A stretch of 63,963 bases of DNA, the filler included, from Myxococcota bacterium (GTDB lineage: Bacteria > Myxococcota > Myxococcia > Myxococcales > Myxococcaceae): NCBI GenBank assembly GCA_049322255.1. It is 8 parts of 8 records of this genome, joined end to end, with 100 filler letters (N's around TTAATTAATTAA, not from the genome) between each part and the next. Parts side by side here need not be neighbours in the genome. Positions count along the whole stretch, not along the records: positions 17,584 to 26,167 come from JBMORE010000141.1; positions 26,268 to 34,819 come from JBMORE010000142.1; 6 more parts are not named here. One strand, given 5' to 3'. Position 1 is the first letter of the stretch. Each line of letters starts with the position of its first letter. Below the pieces are notes generated by a model. That model had not been told where the DNA came from. It saw only the letters and a program-made list of their open reading frames with translations, and did no database searches. Positions 18,713-27,338 of this stretch are shown one piece after another. Made by a program: the position numbers and the translations under genes.

Positions 18713-19966
18713 CTAGTCGACTCGCTGCCGTGCCTGACCGGTGATGAGCCGCGCGCCGCGCTTGAAGGTGAGGTAGCTCCACGTCCACTGCAAGAGCACC
18801 AGCACCCGGTTCTTGAAGCCGATGAGCGAAATCAGGTGCACGACCAGCCACGCCACCCAGCCGATGAAGCCGGACAGCTTGAGCTTTCCCAGCTGCGCCA
18901 CCCCGGCGGCACGCCCGATGGTGGCCATCACCCCGCGGTCCTTGTAATGAAACGGCGTGCGCGGCCGGCCGTTGAGCGAGGCCCAGATGTTCTTTGCCGC
19001 GGCGCGGCCCATCTGAATGGCCACCGGCGCCAACCCGGGGAGAGGTTTTCCGGTCTGGTGAGGAAAGGAGGCGAGGTCGCCAATGACGTACGCGTCGGGA
19101 TGCCCGGGCACAGTGAGGTCGGGCTCCACTTCCACCCGGCCGGCTCTGTCCAGCGTCACGCCAAGGCTTTGCGCCAAGGCCGAAGCTGCCACGCCCGCAG
19201 CCCACAGCACCGTGCGCGCGGGAATGAAAGCTTCGCCCACGCGAACACCCTTGGGACCCACCTCGGTCACCCGCTGCCCCTTGCGCACCTCGACGCCCAT
19301 GCGGCACAGCGAAGCCTCCGCCTTGGCGGAAAGCTCCTCGGCGTAGGCAGGGAGCACCCGCGCAGTTCCCTCGAGGAGAAGCACCTTCGCCTGCCGAGTG
19401 TCGATGGCGCGGAAGTCGCGCGCCACCGTGTGGCGGGCAATCTCGGCGATGGCTCCCGCCAGCTCGACTCCGGTGGCGCCACCGCCCACCACCACGAAGG
19501 TGAGCCAAGCCTCGCGCCGGCCGGGGTCCTCCTCCTTCTCCGCCTCTTCGAAGGAGAGGAGGAGGCGGCGGCGAATCTCCAGGGCGTCGTCGAGCGTTTT
19601 GAGCCCCGGCGCCAGCGGCGCCCACTCGTCATGGCCGAAGTAGGAGTGGGTGGCGCCGGTGGCCACGATGAGCTGGTCGTACCACAGCTCCCCATCGGAC
19701 AACTGCACCCGCCGACGCGCCAAATCCACCGCCACCGCCTCCCCCAAGCGCACGTGGACGTTGGGAAACCTTCGCAGGATGTGACGAATCGGCGAGGCGA
19801 TGTCGCCCGGAGAGAGCGCCGCGGTGGCCACCTGGTACAAGAGCGGCTGAAACAAATGGTAGTTGTGCCGGTCGATCACCGTGATGTGCACCGGTCGCCT
19901 GGCCAACTCCTTGGCGGCATAGAGACCCCCAAAACCTCCGCCGATGATGATGACGTGCGGGTGCAG
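18713..19966 (-). CDS. ndh: Type II NADH dehydrogenase family FAD oxidoreductase
   Basis: IIGGGFGG, HLFQPLLYQVAT, VVVGGGATGVELAG, WAAGV, IGD, PVAIQMG, YKDRGVMATIGR; start uncertain (CTG at 19966). Confidence 0.9.
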   Translation of the reverse strand: MHPHVIIIGGGFGGLYAAKELARRPVHITVIDRHNYHLFQPLLYQVATAALSPGDIASPIRHILRRFPNVHVRLGEAVAVDLARRRVQLSDGELWYDQLIVATGATHSYFGHDEWAPLAPGLKTLDDALEIRRRLLLSFEEAEKEEDPGRREAWLTFVVVGGGATGVELAGAIAEIARHTVARDFRAIDTRQAKVLLLEGTARVLPAYAEELSAKAEASLCRMGVEVRKGQRVTEVGPKGVRVGEAFIPARTVLWAAGVAASALAQSLGVTLDRAGRVEVEPDLTVPGHPDAYVIGDLASFPHQTGKPLPGLAPVAIQMGRAAAKNIWASLNGRPRTPFHYKDRGVMATIGRAAGVAQLGKLKLSGFIGWVAWLVVHLISLIGFKNRVLVLLQWTWSYLTFKRGARLITGQARQRVD

Positions 19967-19979
19967 ACCTTCCTGCCTT

Positions 19980-20612
19980 TCAGTGCAGCTTGATGCGCCC
20001 CTTGGGGCCCTTCGCCGCCTTGGCGCGCGGGGTGACCATGCGCACGACGCCGAAGAAAAGCTGCTCCTCGGAGTACACCTTGCGGGCGTTGGGCTGACGC
20101 GGCGAGTAGCTCGCCATCGGCCGCTCCAGCCACTGCAAGACCCGCACCTCGCCGTCGTAGGCGAAGGGCGCATACACCTCCGGCGGGCAACGCGTCAGGT
20201 AACGCCGCACCAGCGGGCGCAGGCGGGTGGCGAACTCCTTGCCCAGCTTCTCGTGGCGCCGAGCGGTGGAGAGCGTGCCGTCGAACTTGGGGGAGATGTG
20301 GAAGAGCTCGTGCAGCACCGTGGCGATGCGCGCTTGCGGGGTGCTGGCGCGGAAAAAGAGCGGCCGCAAGGTGATGCAGTAGAGCATCCGCCGGCCCCTC
20401 ACCCGCACCAGCGGCTTGCGGCGCCCGTCTCGGTCACGCAGCTTCGTGCCCACGAAGGCCAGCGGCTTCACCGTGCCCCGGGAGGCGCGACGTGCTTCGC
20501 CGGCGACCACCAGCACCCGGCCCGGCTTGACGTGGGAAAACTCCTCCATCGTCCCCGCGATGTCCTGAAGGAGCGCCTTGAGCGCCAAGTTGAAGTTCGG
20601 GCGGCGGGCCAC
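19980..20612 (-). CDS. Putative HEXXH metallopeptidase-like protein
   Basis: LRPLFF...TVLHELFHIS; GTG start at 20612 inferred. Confidence 0.7.
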   Translation of the reverse strand: MARRPNFNLALKALLQDIAGTMEEFSHVKPGRVLVVAGEARRASRGTVKPLAFVGTKLRDRDGRRKPLVRVRGRRMLYCITLRPLFFRASTPQARIATVLHELFHISPKFDGTLSTARRHEKLGKEFATRLRPLVRRYLTRCPPEVYAPFAYDGEVRVLQWLERPMASYSPRQPNARKVYSEEQLFFGVVRMVTPRAKAAKGPKGRIKLH

Positions 20613-20679
20613 GTGCGCACGACATCCTACCGGAATCGGTCTTTGCCTTCGGGACGATTCCCTACAAGATGCGCGGCCC

Positions 20680-21438
20680 ATGAGAGTCTTCGCCTGTCTG
20701 TTGACGGTCGCCCTCGCCGCCTGTGGCCCTCCCGCCCGGCCGCCGCCACCTGACGCGGGTCCGGACACGAGCTGCGGCCTCGACTGCGCGGCGCAGGAGC
20801 ACTTCGGTCTCCTCGTCAACCGCTGCTTCGAGTACTCCACCTCGAGCACCGCCTCGAATCCGGCGGCCATCGGCGTGCTGGTTCGGCCGGTGGAAGTGCT
20901 CGAAGGCGGGCTGGCAGTGCTGCCGGTGGAGTACCGCGAGAGCGGCCAGGTGAAGATGACGGACTACTTCACTCTGAAGGACGGGAATCTGCTCCTCGCT
21001 CGGCGAAGCTGGCTGCCAGGACAGTCGGTCACCTACCGGCAGGAACAGCAGGGCCCCATCACCGGCGCCACCTGGCTCGAGGCGGGGGCGCTGGCCGGTG
21101 AAAACGTGAGCTCGGCCGTGCAAGCCACGGTGCAGGGCAGTGGAGCGCAGCGCACCGAAGCCACCACGGTGCGGGTGGTACTCGCCGCCGCCAGCACTTC
21201 GGAGCGCACGGTGCCACTCAAGACCTTCGATGAGGCGCTGCAACTCATCCTCTCCGAGACACCGGACCACGGCATCGACACCCGGCGAGTGTTCGTGGCC
21301 AACACCGGCTTCATCTTCTTTGCCACGCCCTTCAGCCCTGCCGCGGGCGCCACCGCTTCGCCGTACTACCTTCAGAAGGTTCGTGACCTCGACTCACCCG
21401 ACGGCGGCACCCTCGAGTGCGGCTTCGGGAGCCCCTGA
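20680..21438 (+). CDS. Hypothetical lipoprotein
   Basis: MRVFACLLTVALAAC lipobox; PDAG/PDGG motifs typical of myxobacterial lipoproteins. Confidence 0.75.
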   Translation: MRVFACLLTVALAACGPPARPPPPDAGPDTSCGLDCAAQEHFGLLVNRCFEYSTSSTASNPAAIGVLVRPVEVLEGGLAVLPVEYRESGQVKMTDYFTLKDGNLLLARRSWLPGQSVTYRQEQQGPITGATWLEAGALAGENVSSAVQATVQGSGAQRTEATTVRVVLAAASTSERTVPLKTFDEALQLILSETPDHGIDTRRVFVANTGFIFFATPFSPAAGATASPYYLQKVRDLDSPDGGTLECGFGSP

Positions 21439-21449
21439 TGGGAGGAAAC

Positions 21450-22274
21450 ATGCTCAAGCACGCGCCCGTCGCGCTCCTTTTTCTCTTCGTCGGCTGCAAG
21501 AGCGGCCCGGAAATCACGTCCAGCGCGGCGCTCCCCGAGCTCGTTGCCCAGGAGCTCACCGTGCCCGAACAAGGGCTGAGCGAGTTCCGACTGCGCCTTT
21601 CGGGCGCAGTGAAGGCTTCTGAGACGGTGACCATCGAGAAGGCCACCTACGAGCTGGTGGTGGAGGAGAAGGTGGTCAGCGCAGGCGAAGAGCTCATCGG
21701 CAAGAGCGCCGCCCCCACCGAGACCGGTGAGTTCGTCATCGAGCGAACCTCGCGTTACGTCGGCAGCGCCGAGGAGCTCGCCGCGATGAGCGAGCGGGGC
21801 GGCTCTCTGCTCGCGGCCGTTCGCGGCAAGCTATTCGTGCGGCAAGGAAAAGAGCTGCACACGCTCGACTACGCGCGCTCGCGGGAGATTCGGGTGCCGC
21901 GGCTTCCCACGGTGAAGCTGCATGAGCTCGACGCCGCGCGCTACTCGGCCGACGAGGCGAACGCCACCTTCTACCTCGGGGTGGTGAACCCCAACCCCTT
22001 CCCGGTGAAGCTCGACGGGCTTTCCTACGCGATCGAAATCGGCGGCAAGAAGCTGTCCGAGGGCGTGCGCGGACAGGGCGAGAAAGTGAGCACCGCGGCC
22101 ACCGGAGTGTTCGAGGTGCAGGTGGCCATCACCCAGGAAACCTACGGCCCCGAGGTGAATAGGCTCATCAAGTCGCTCACGCTCCCCTACGTGGTGAAGG
22201 GCCAGCTCCAGGGAGACCTCTTCCAGCTGCCCTACGAGCTTCGGGGAGACATCAAGCTGAACGTGTCCAAGTAG
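21450..22274 (+). CDS. LEA type 2 (WHy) domain lipoprotein
   Basis: GGAGG RBS, FVGC lipobox, VVNPNPFPVKLDGLSYAI. Confidence 0.85.
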   Translation: MLKHAPVALLFLFVGCKSGPEITSSAALPELVAQELTVPEQGLSEFRLRLSGAVKASETVTIEKATYELVVEEKVVSAGEELIGKSAAPTETGEFVIERTSRYVGSAEELAAMSERGGSLLAAVRGKLFVRQGKELHTLDYARSREIRVPRLPTVKLHELDAARYSADEANATFYLGVVNPNPFPVKLDGLSYAIEIGGKKLSEGVRGQGEKVSTAATGVFEVQVAITQETYGPEVNRLIKSLTLPYVVKGQLQGDLFQLPYELRGDIKLNVSK

Positions 22275-22276
22275 TC

Positions 22277-22978
22277 GTGCCCGTCTTCGTTCTCGGCCCT
22301 GACCCCGAGCTGTTTCCGCCACCGGAGCGCGCCGACCCCTCGGGCATTCTCGCCGTCGGCGGAGACTTGAGCCCCGAGCGGCTCCTCGCCGCATACCGCC
22401 AAGGCATCTTCCCCTGGTACAGCGAAGAGACGCCGATTCTCTGGCACTGCCCGCACCCTCGCTTCGTGCTCGAGCCGGCCAAGCTGCACGTCCCCAGAAG
22501 CCTCCAGAAGACGATGAAGCGCGCTTTGTACGAGGTTCGGTTGGACACCGCCTTCGCCGAGGTCATCGACGCCTGCGCGCGCACCCCGCGTCCCCATCAG
22601 CCGGGGACGTGGATCACCGAACAGATGCGCGAGGCGTACGTGCAGCTGCACAAGCTCGGGTACGCGCACTCCGCCGAGAGCTGGGAGGGAGACGTGCTGG
22701 TGGGAGGCCTCTACGGGGTCTCGCTGGGGAGCGTCTTCTTCGGCGAGAGCATGTTCGCGCGGGCGCCCGACGCCTCGAAGGTGGCTTTCGTGAAGCTGGT
22801 GGAGCAGCTTTCCGCATGGCGCTTCACCCTCATCGACTGCCAGCAGGAGACGGAGCACTTGGCGCGCTTCGGGGCCGAGGCCTGGCCGCGCCGGCGCTTC
22901 TTGGCGGCATTGAAGATGGGGCTCGAGGCTCCGACGCGGCAGGGGCGCTGGTCGTTCGATCCTCCAGCCCCACGATGA
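22277..22978 (+). CDS. aat: Leucyl/phenylalanyl-tRNA-protein transferase
   Basis: GGDLSPERLLAAYRQGIFPW, GTWIT, AHSAE, GGLYGV, FFGESMF, DASKVA, IDCQ. Confidence 0.97.
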   Translation: MPVFVLGPDPELFPPPERADPSGILAVGGDLSPERLLAAYRQGIFPWYSEETPILWHCPHPRFVLEPAKLHVPRSLQKTMKRALYEVRLDTAFAEVIDACARTPRPHQPGTWITEQMREAYVQLHKLGYAHSAESWEGDVLVGGLYGVSLGSVFFGESMFARAPDASKVAFVKLVEQLSAWRFTLIDCQQETEHLARFGAEAWPRRRFLAALKMGLEAPTRQGRWSFDPPAPR

Positions 22979-23049
22979 GGCACGCGCACTCCACCCGTTG
23001 CGAAGCAGGACAGTCGGCGCCCTGAGCCCTCGGGAAATGGGCGTTTTCC

Positions 23050-23955
23050 CTACTCGCCCATCCAACGCGAGCGAACCCTGTTTCGGCCCGCCTTCTTCGC
23101 CTCGTAGAGAAAAATGTCGGCCGTGCGCATCAGCGCGTCGGCGCTGGGAAACACCTCGGTCACGTGGGTGGCGACCCCGATGCTCACCGTCATCTGGAAC
23201 AGTCGGTCGTGGAACTTGAACTCGCGCGTCTCGATGCGCCGCCGAAGCCGCTCCGCCACCGCTACCGCCACGTCTTCGGTGACCTCGCGCAAGACCAGTC
23301 CGAACTCCTCGCCGCCTACCCGGGCGAAGACGTCTTCGGTGCGGATCGCCTGCTGGGTTTCCTGCACCAAGGAGATGAGGGCGTGGTCGCCCGCGGCGTG
23401 GCCGAACCGATCGTTGATCAGCTTGAAGTGGTCGAGGTCGAACATCAACAAGCTCAGCGGCAGCTCGTGCCGATCGGCGAAGGCGAACTCCTTGACCAAG
23501 GTCTCGAGGAAGTATTTGCGGTTGAAGGCGCCGGTGAGCCCGTCCCGCACCGCCGAGTCGTAGAGAGCGCGCTGGGCTTCCTCGTCGAGCCGGTCTTGCA
23601 GGCCGAAGCGCAGCACGTTGTTGCTGCCGATCTGCAGCTTGTCGCCGTCGTGCAGGGTGCGCGAGCCACGCACCTGTTCGCCGTTGCAGAAGGTGCCGTT
23701 CTTCGACTTGAGGTCGACGAGCTGTACCTCGTCGCCTGCCCGCACCAGCTTGGCGTGGTGGCGCGAAACGCTGTCGTCGTCCAGCCAGATGTCCGAGTCC
23801 GAGGCACGGCCGACGGTCACCTCCGCCTTCTCGATGCGAAACATCTTCCCGATGCTCTGGCCTCTGAGCACGATGAGCGACGCGCTGCGCCGGCCGGCTT
23901 CGGCGACGAGGTTCTCGATGGGACGAGTGAGTGTCTTCTGTTCTTCGTCCGACAC
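23050..23955 (-). CDS. FHA-GGDEF diguanylate cyclase
   Basis: VGR..VSRHHA..SKNGT (FHA); DGLTGAFNR, DLDHFK.IND, RTED I-site, GGEEF. Confidence 0.95.
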   Translation of the reverse strand: MSDEEQKTLTRPIENLVAEAGRRSASLIVLRGQSIGKMFRIEKAEVTVGRASDSDIWLDDDSVSRHHAKLVRAGDEVQLVDLKSKNGTFCNGEQVRGSRTLHDGDKLQIGSNNVLRFGLQDRLDEEAQRALYDSAVRDGLTGAFNRKYFLETLVKEFAFADRHELPLSLLMFDLDHFKLINDRFGHAAGDHALISLVQETQQAIRTEDVFARVGGEEFGLVLREVTEDVAVAVAERLRRRIETREFKFHDRLFQMTVSIGVATHVTEVFPSADALMRTADIFLYEAKKAGRNRVRSRWMGE

Positions 23956-24002
23956 GATGGGGCCTCATCATGACAGCCCCGGGCGCCTCTCACCAAGCGC
24001 CT

Positions 24003-26135
24003 TTAGCCCAGGTCTTCGGCCCTCGATGCCCGTTCGGCCAGGCGCGAGCCGCCGTAGAGGTAGGCGAGCTCGTAGATTCGCCAGCTGCTGAGCACCCGTT
24101 TCACATAGTTGCGGGTCTGGGCGATGGGTATTTCCTCCACCCACACGTCGAGGGGACCCCCGCGGGCCCAGCCAGCGACGCGGGTAGGACCTGCGTTGTA
24201 GCCAGCCACTGCCTGGGCCGCGTCGCCGTCGAAGCGAGCCAGAAGGGAGGACAGGTAGTGCGCTCCCAATCGTAGATTCAGCTCAGGGCGGGCGAGCAGG
24301 CGTTCGCTGGGCTTGCCCAGGCGCAGCCTGTGGGCCACCGCAGCCGCGGTCGCTGGCATCAGCTGGGTAAGACCCACCGCCCCTACCCCGGAACGTGCGC
24401 TGGGCTCGAAGGAGCTCTCCTCGCGCACCAGCGCCTGGAGCAAGTTCGGATCGAGGTCGGCCGCCTGGCTGTGACGCTCGATGGAGGCACGAAACGCCCC
24501 CGGGAAAGCCAGCCGCCACGCGACCGCGTTTTCCTCGTTCATCCTCGACAGAGGTCCGCGCACGGCCTGGCGGGCGAGAGAGTGCGCCGCCCTTGCCTCT
24601 CCCATCGCCTCGAGGAGCAAGAAGGCCAGCCGCAGCTCGTCGGAAGATGCCGCTTCCCCGGCGGCGGCGAGCAGCTCGGCCTTGGCCTCGGGGAAACCCA
24701 GCCGGAAGAGCTCTACGCCCGCGGCCAAGCGGGGGGAGTGCGCGCGCGACTCGGGGAGCGCCACTGCCCTGGGTGCTGGAAGCGCCGGAATGACCAGACG
24801 CGCGGACACCTGGCTGGCGGCGCGGGCATCGAGCTCTTGCAGCCGGGCCAAGGCCATCGTGGCGTAGAAGGTCGCGGGGTGAGACAGAGCGACGTCGGCG
24901 AAGCGCCTGACCGCCGCCGCGGGATCGGCCGCCTCGAGGCTCCGGGCCCGCCAATAGCGCGCCTGCGCCCGCTGAGTCTCGCTGGCCGAAGGCAAGGCCT
25001 CCAGCGCGTCGAGCAGGTCGAGGCGAGCTTGGGTCTCCCGAGAGATCCAGAACGCCCTGAAGAGCGCCTCGCCCGCATAGTCCCCTTCCGGGTGCAGGCG
25101 ACCCACCGCTTCGAGGTGCTCGAGCGCCGCGCCGGCCCGGCCCGCTCTCCACTCGAGGTCCGCAGCGAAGAACCGTGCGTCGTCGGCGTAGCGGTGCAGA
25201 GGGAACCTGGCCACCAGCTGCTCGTAGGTGGACACCGCGTCGTCCGTACGAAGGATGGAGCGCGAGGAGGCGAGCACGTACAGCAGGCGCGCTTGGGTCT
25301 CGGGCTCGGTGCAAACATCGGCGAGCGGGGCGAGCAGCTCGATGACCCGGCTGTGCTCCCGCTGACGCCGCAGCGCGCGGCCCTCGGCGACCCGGGCGCG
25401 GCATTCGAGGTCGAGGGGCAATTGCTTCAGCTTTCCCAAGTAGGTGAGCGCGGCGCGGTCGCGACCGAGCTCGACCAGCTCTTCTACGCGACGCACCTTG
25501 TCCTCCCAGGGAATCGTCCTCGCGCCCAGCGCCCTCTCGGCGCGCGCGGCGACTTGGGTTCCGGGGTTCTCCGCCCACAGGGCCAACAGCGCCTCTCTCC
25601 GCGCGGCGCCATCGGAGAGCTGCGCCAACCGGGAGAGGGCGTCGGAGCGGGCTCCCCGTCCATGGCCCTTCAGAAGCGGCTGCAGCGCCGCCGCGGCGCC
25701 CGTCGGGTCTTTCGCCCGTGCGAGCACCCGTGCCAGGGCCAGTCGTGCATGGACGAAACGCTGCGAGGCGGCCGGCACGCGCGCGTAGGCCAAACCAGCG
25801 CGGTCAAGCTCTCCCAACCGCTCCAGGGCTTCGCCCGCGTGCATCGCGCAGCGATCGGCCAGCGGCGTATAGCGCTCGGCCAGCGCGAGGAAATCGGCGG
25901 CCGCGAGCGCGTCGTCCTTGCCCTCCAGCGCCGCCTGCGCGCGCAGAAAGCGGGCCGGCAAATCGTCATCGGCGATGCCGCGCAAAAGCGCTTGCGCCTT
26001 GCCGTACTGCCCTTTGTCGAAGGCTGCTTTGGCCTCCTTCAGCGCACCCGAGGCGAAATAGGCGGTCGCATCCTCGGCGGCGACCGGAGCCGAAAGCAGG
26101 AGGACCGAACCCACCATGAGCACGCGGTGCGTCAT
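24003..26135 (-). CDS. Soluble lytic transglycosylase (TPR superhelix + SLT domain)
   Basis: Signal peptide, TPR-like helices, REESSF, GLTQLMP, YNAG, TRNYV. Confidence 0.93.
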   Translation of the reverse strand: MTHRVLMVGSVLLLSAPVAAEDATAYFASGALKEAKAAFDKGQYGKAQALLRGIADDDLPARFLRAQAALEGKDDALAAADFLALAERYTPLADRCAMHAGEALERLGELDRAGLAYARVPAASQRFVHARLALARVLARAKDPTGAAAALQPLLKGHGRGARSDALSRLAQLSDGAARREALLALWAENPGTQVAARAERALGARTIPWEDKVRRVEELVELGRDRAALTYLGKLKQLPLDLECRARVAEGRALRRQREHSRVIELLAPLADVCTEPETQARLLYVLASSRSILRTDDAVSTYEQLVARFPLHRYADDARFFAADLEWRAGRAGAALEHLEAVGRLHPEGDYAGEALFRAFWISRETQARLDLLDALEALPSASETQRAQARYWRARSLEAADPAAAVRRFADVALSHPATFYATMALARLQELDARAASQVSARLVIPALPAPRAVALPESRAHSPRLAAGVELFRLGFPEAKAELLAAAGEAASSDELRLAFLLLEAMGEARAAHSLARQAVRGPLSRMNEENAVAWRLAFPGAFRASIERHSQAADLDPNLLQALVREESSFEPSARSGVGAVGLTQLMPATAAAVAHRLRLGKPSERLLARPELNLRLGAHYLSSLLARFDGDAAQAVAGYNAGPTRVAGWARGGPLDVWVEEIPIAQTRNYVKRVLSSWRIYELAYLYGGSRLAERASRAEDLG

Positions 26136-26167
26136 CGCGAGGGTAGAAACGAGCAACACCCATGCCG

Positions 26168-26267
26168 NNNNNNNNNNNNNNNNNNNNNNNNNNNNNNNNN
26201 NNNNNNNNNNNTTAATTAATTAANNNNNNNNNNNNNNNNNNNNNNNNNNNNNNNNNNNNNNNNNNNN
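26168..26267. other. Artificial contig linker
   Basis: N/TTAATTAATTAA spacer. Confidence 0.99.
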
Positions 26268-27338
26268 GCCACCGAGCTTTCCTTCGCCGGCTCGCTCCAG
26301 CTGGACTACAAGACGCTCCCCGCGCGCAAGAGCCCCCAAGACGCCCTGCTCAACAACTTCACGGCCGAAGCGGGCTTCAAGGTGAGCGCCACGGTGAGCG
26401 AGCACCTCCAGGTGAGCGCCAAGATGTGTTTCGGCTGCCACCAGTTCGAGGCGGCGTACGCCCAGGTCGACTTCAACATCACCGACGAGGCAAACATCCG
26501 CGCCGGCCGCATTCAGGTGCCCTTTGGCGACTTCTACCAACGGCACGACCCGGCCAACCACAAGACGAGCAGCAAGCCCATCATCTACGACATGGGGCAC
26601 ATGGTTCGCCCTGACGCTTACAACTTCGGCGTCTTTCCCATTCCCCTGCCTGACAACGGGCTCGAGTTCTTCGGCACCCACTTCTTCGGAGAGAGCGTCT
26701 ACACCAGCTACTCGCTCTTCGCCGTCAACGGGCTGAAAGGGAACGCCAGAACCGGCGAGTTCAACTGGAAGGAGGCGCGCCAGCCTCAGCTCGTCGACAC
26801 CGACCGGCTTCCGACTTTGGGGGTCAGATGGTCGGGAGGCGTGTCCGACTTGAGCTCGACCCTCCTCGACGTCACCCTGGGGGCGTCGGCCATGGCGGGC
26901 ACCTACGACAAGACTTCCAGCGCCCGGTACGCGCTCGTCGGCGGCCACCTGAGCATGCGGTTCGCCCACCGCGTCGTCCTGCGAGGCGAATACGCCATGC
27001 GAATGACCGAGTTCTCGCAGGAGGCGCTCGCCGACCCGCTGGCCTTTCAGCAGACCCCGGTTTCGTCGCACTACCTCAAGCACGGCGGCTACGTGGAGCT
27101 GGAGGTCCCGCTGACGGGTGACTTCGAAGCGATTGTTCGGGGAGATGCCATGTGGCGCCAGGGGGTGGTTCCGCTCTCGGTGCCGCTGGGGCCCGAGGCG
27201 AGGGTGTACCGAGGCACCGCCGGCGTGCTCTGGATCACCAAGCGGTTTTTGCGCTGGAAGCTCAACTATGAGTACTGGTGGTTCTCCGACTTCGCGCCGG
27301 AGCACCTGGCCCACTTGAGCGCGGTCACCTTCTTCTGA
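26268..27338 (+). CDS. Putative outer-membrane beta-barrel (porin-like) with internal CxxCH; 5' truncated
   Basis: Frame open from the contig start (ATELSFAGSLQLDY...); amphipathic strands, AYAQVDF, IRAGRIQVPFG, WKLNYEYW, terminal Phe; KMCFGCHQFE. Confidence 0.75.
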   Translation, partial: ATELSFAGSLQLDYKTLPARKSPQDALLNNFTAEAGFKVSATVSEHLQVSAKMCFGCHQFEAAYAQVDFNITDEANIRAGRIQVPFGDFYQRHDPANHKTSSKPIIYDMGHMVRPDAYNFGVFPIPLPDNGLEFFGTHFFGESVYTSYSLFAVNGLKGNARTGEFNWKEARQPQLVDTDRLPTLGVRWSGGVSDLSSTLLDVTLGASAMAGTYDKTSSARYALVGGHLSMRFAHRVVLRGEYAMRMTEFSQEALADPLAFQQTPVSSHYLKHGGYVELEVPLTGDFEAIVRGDAMWRQGVVPLSVPLGPEARVYRGTAGVLWITKRFLRWKLNYEYWWFSDFAPEHLAHLSAVTFF

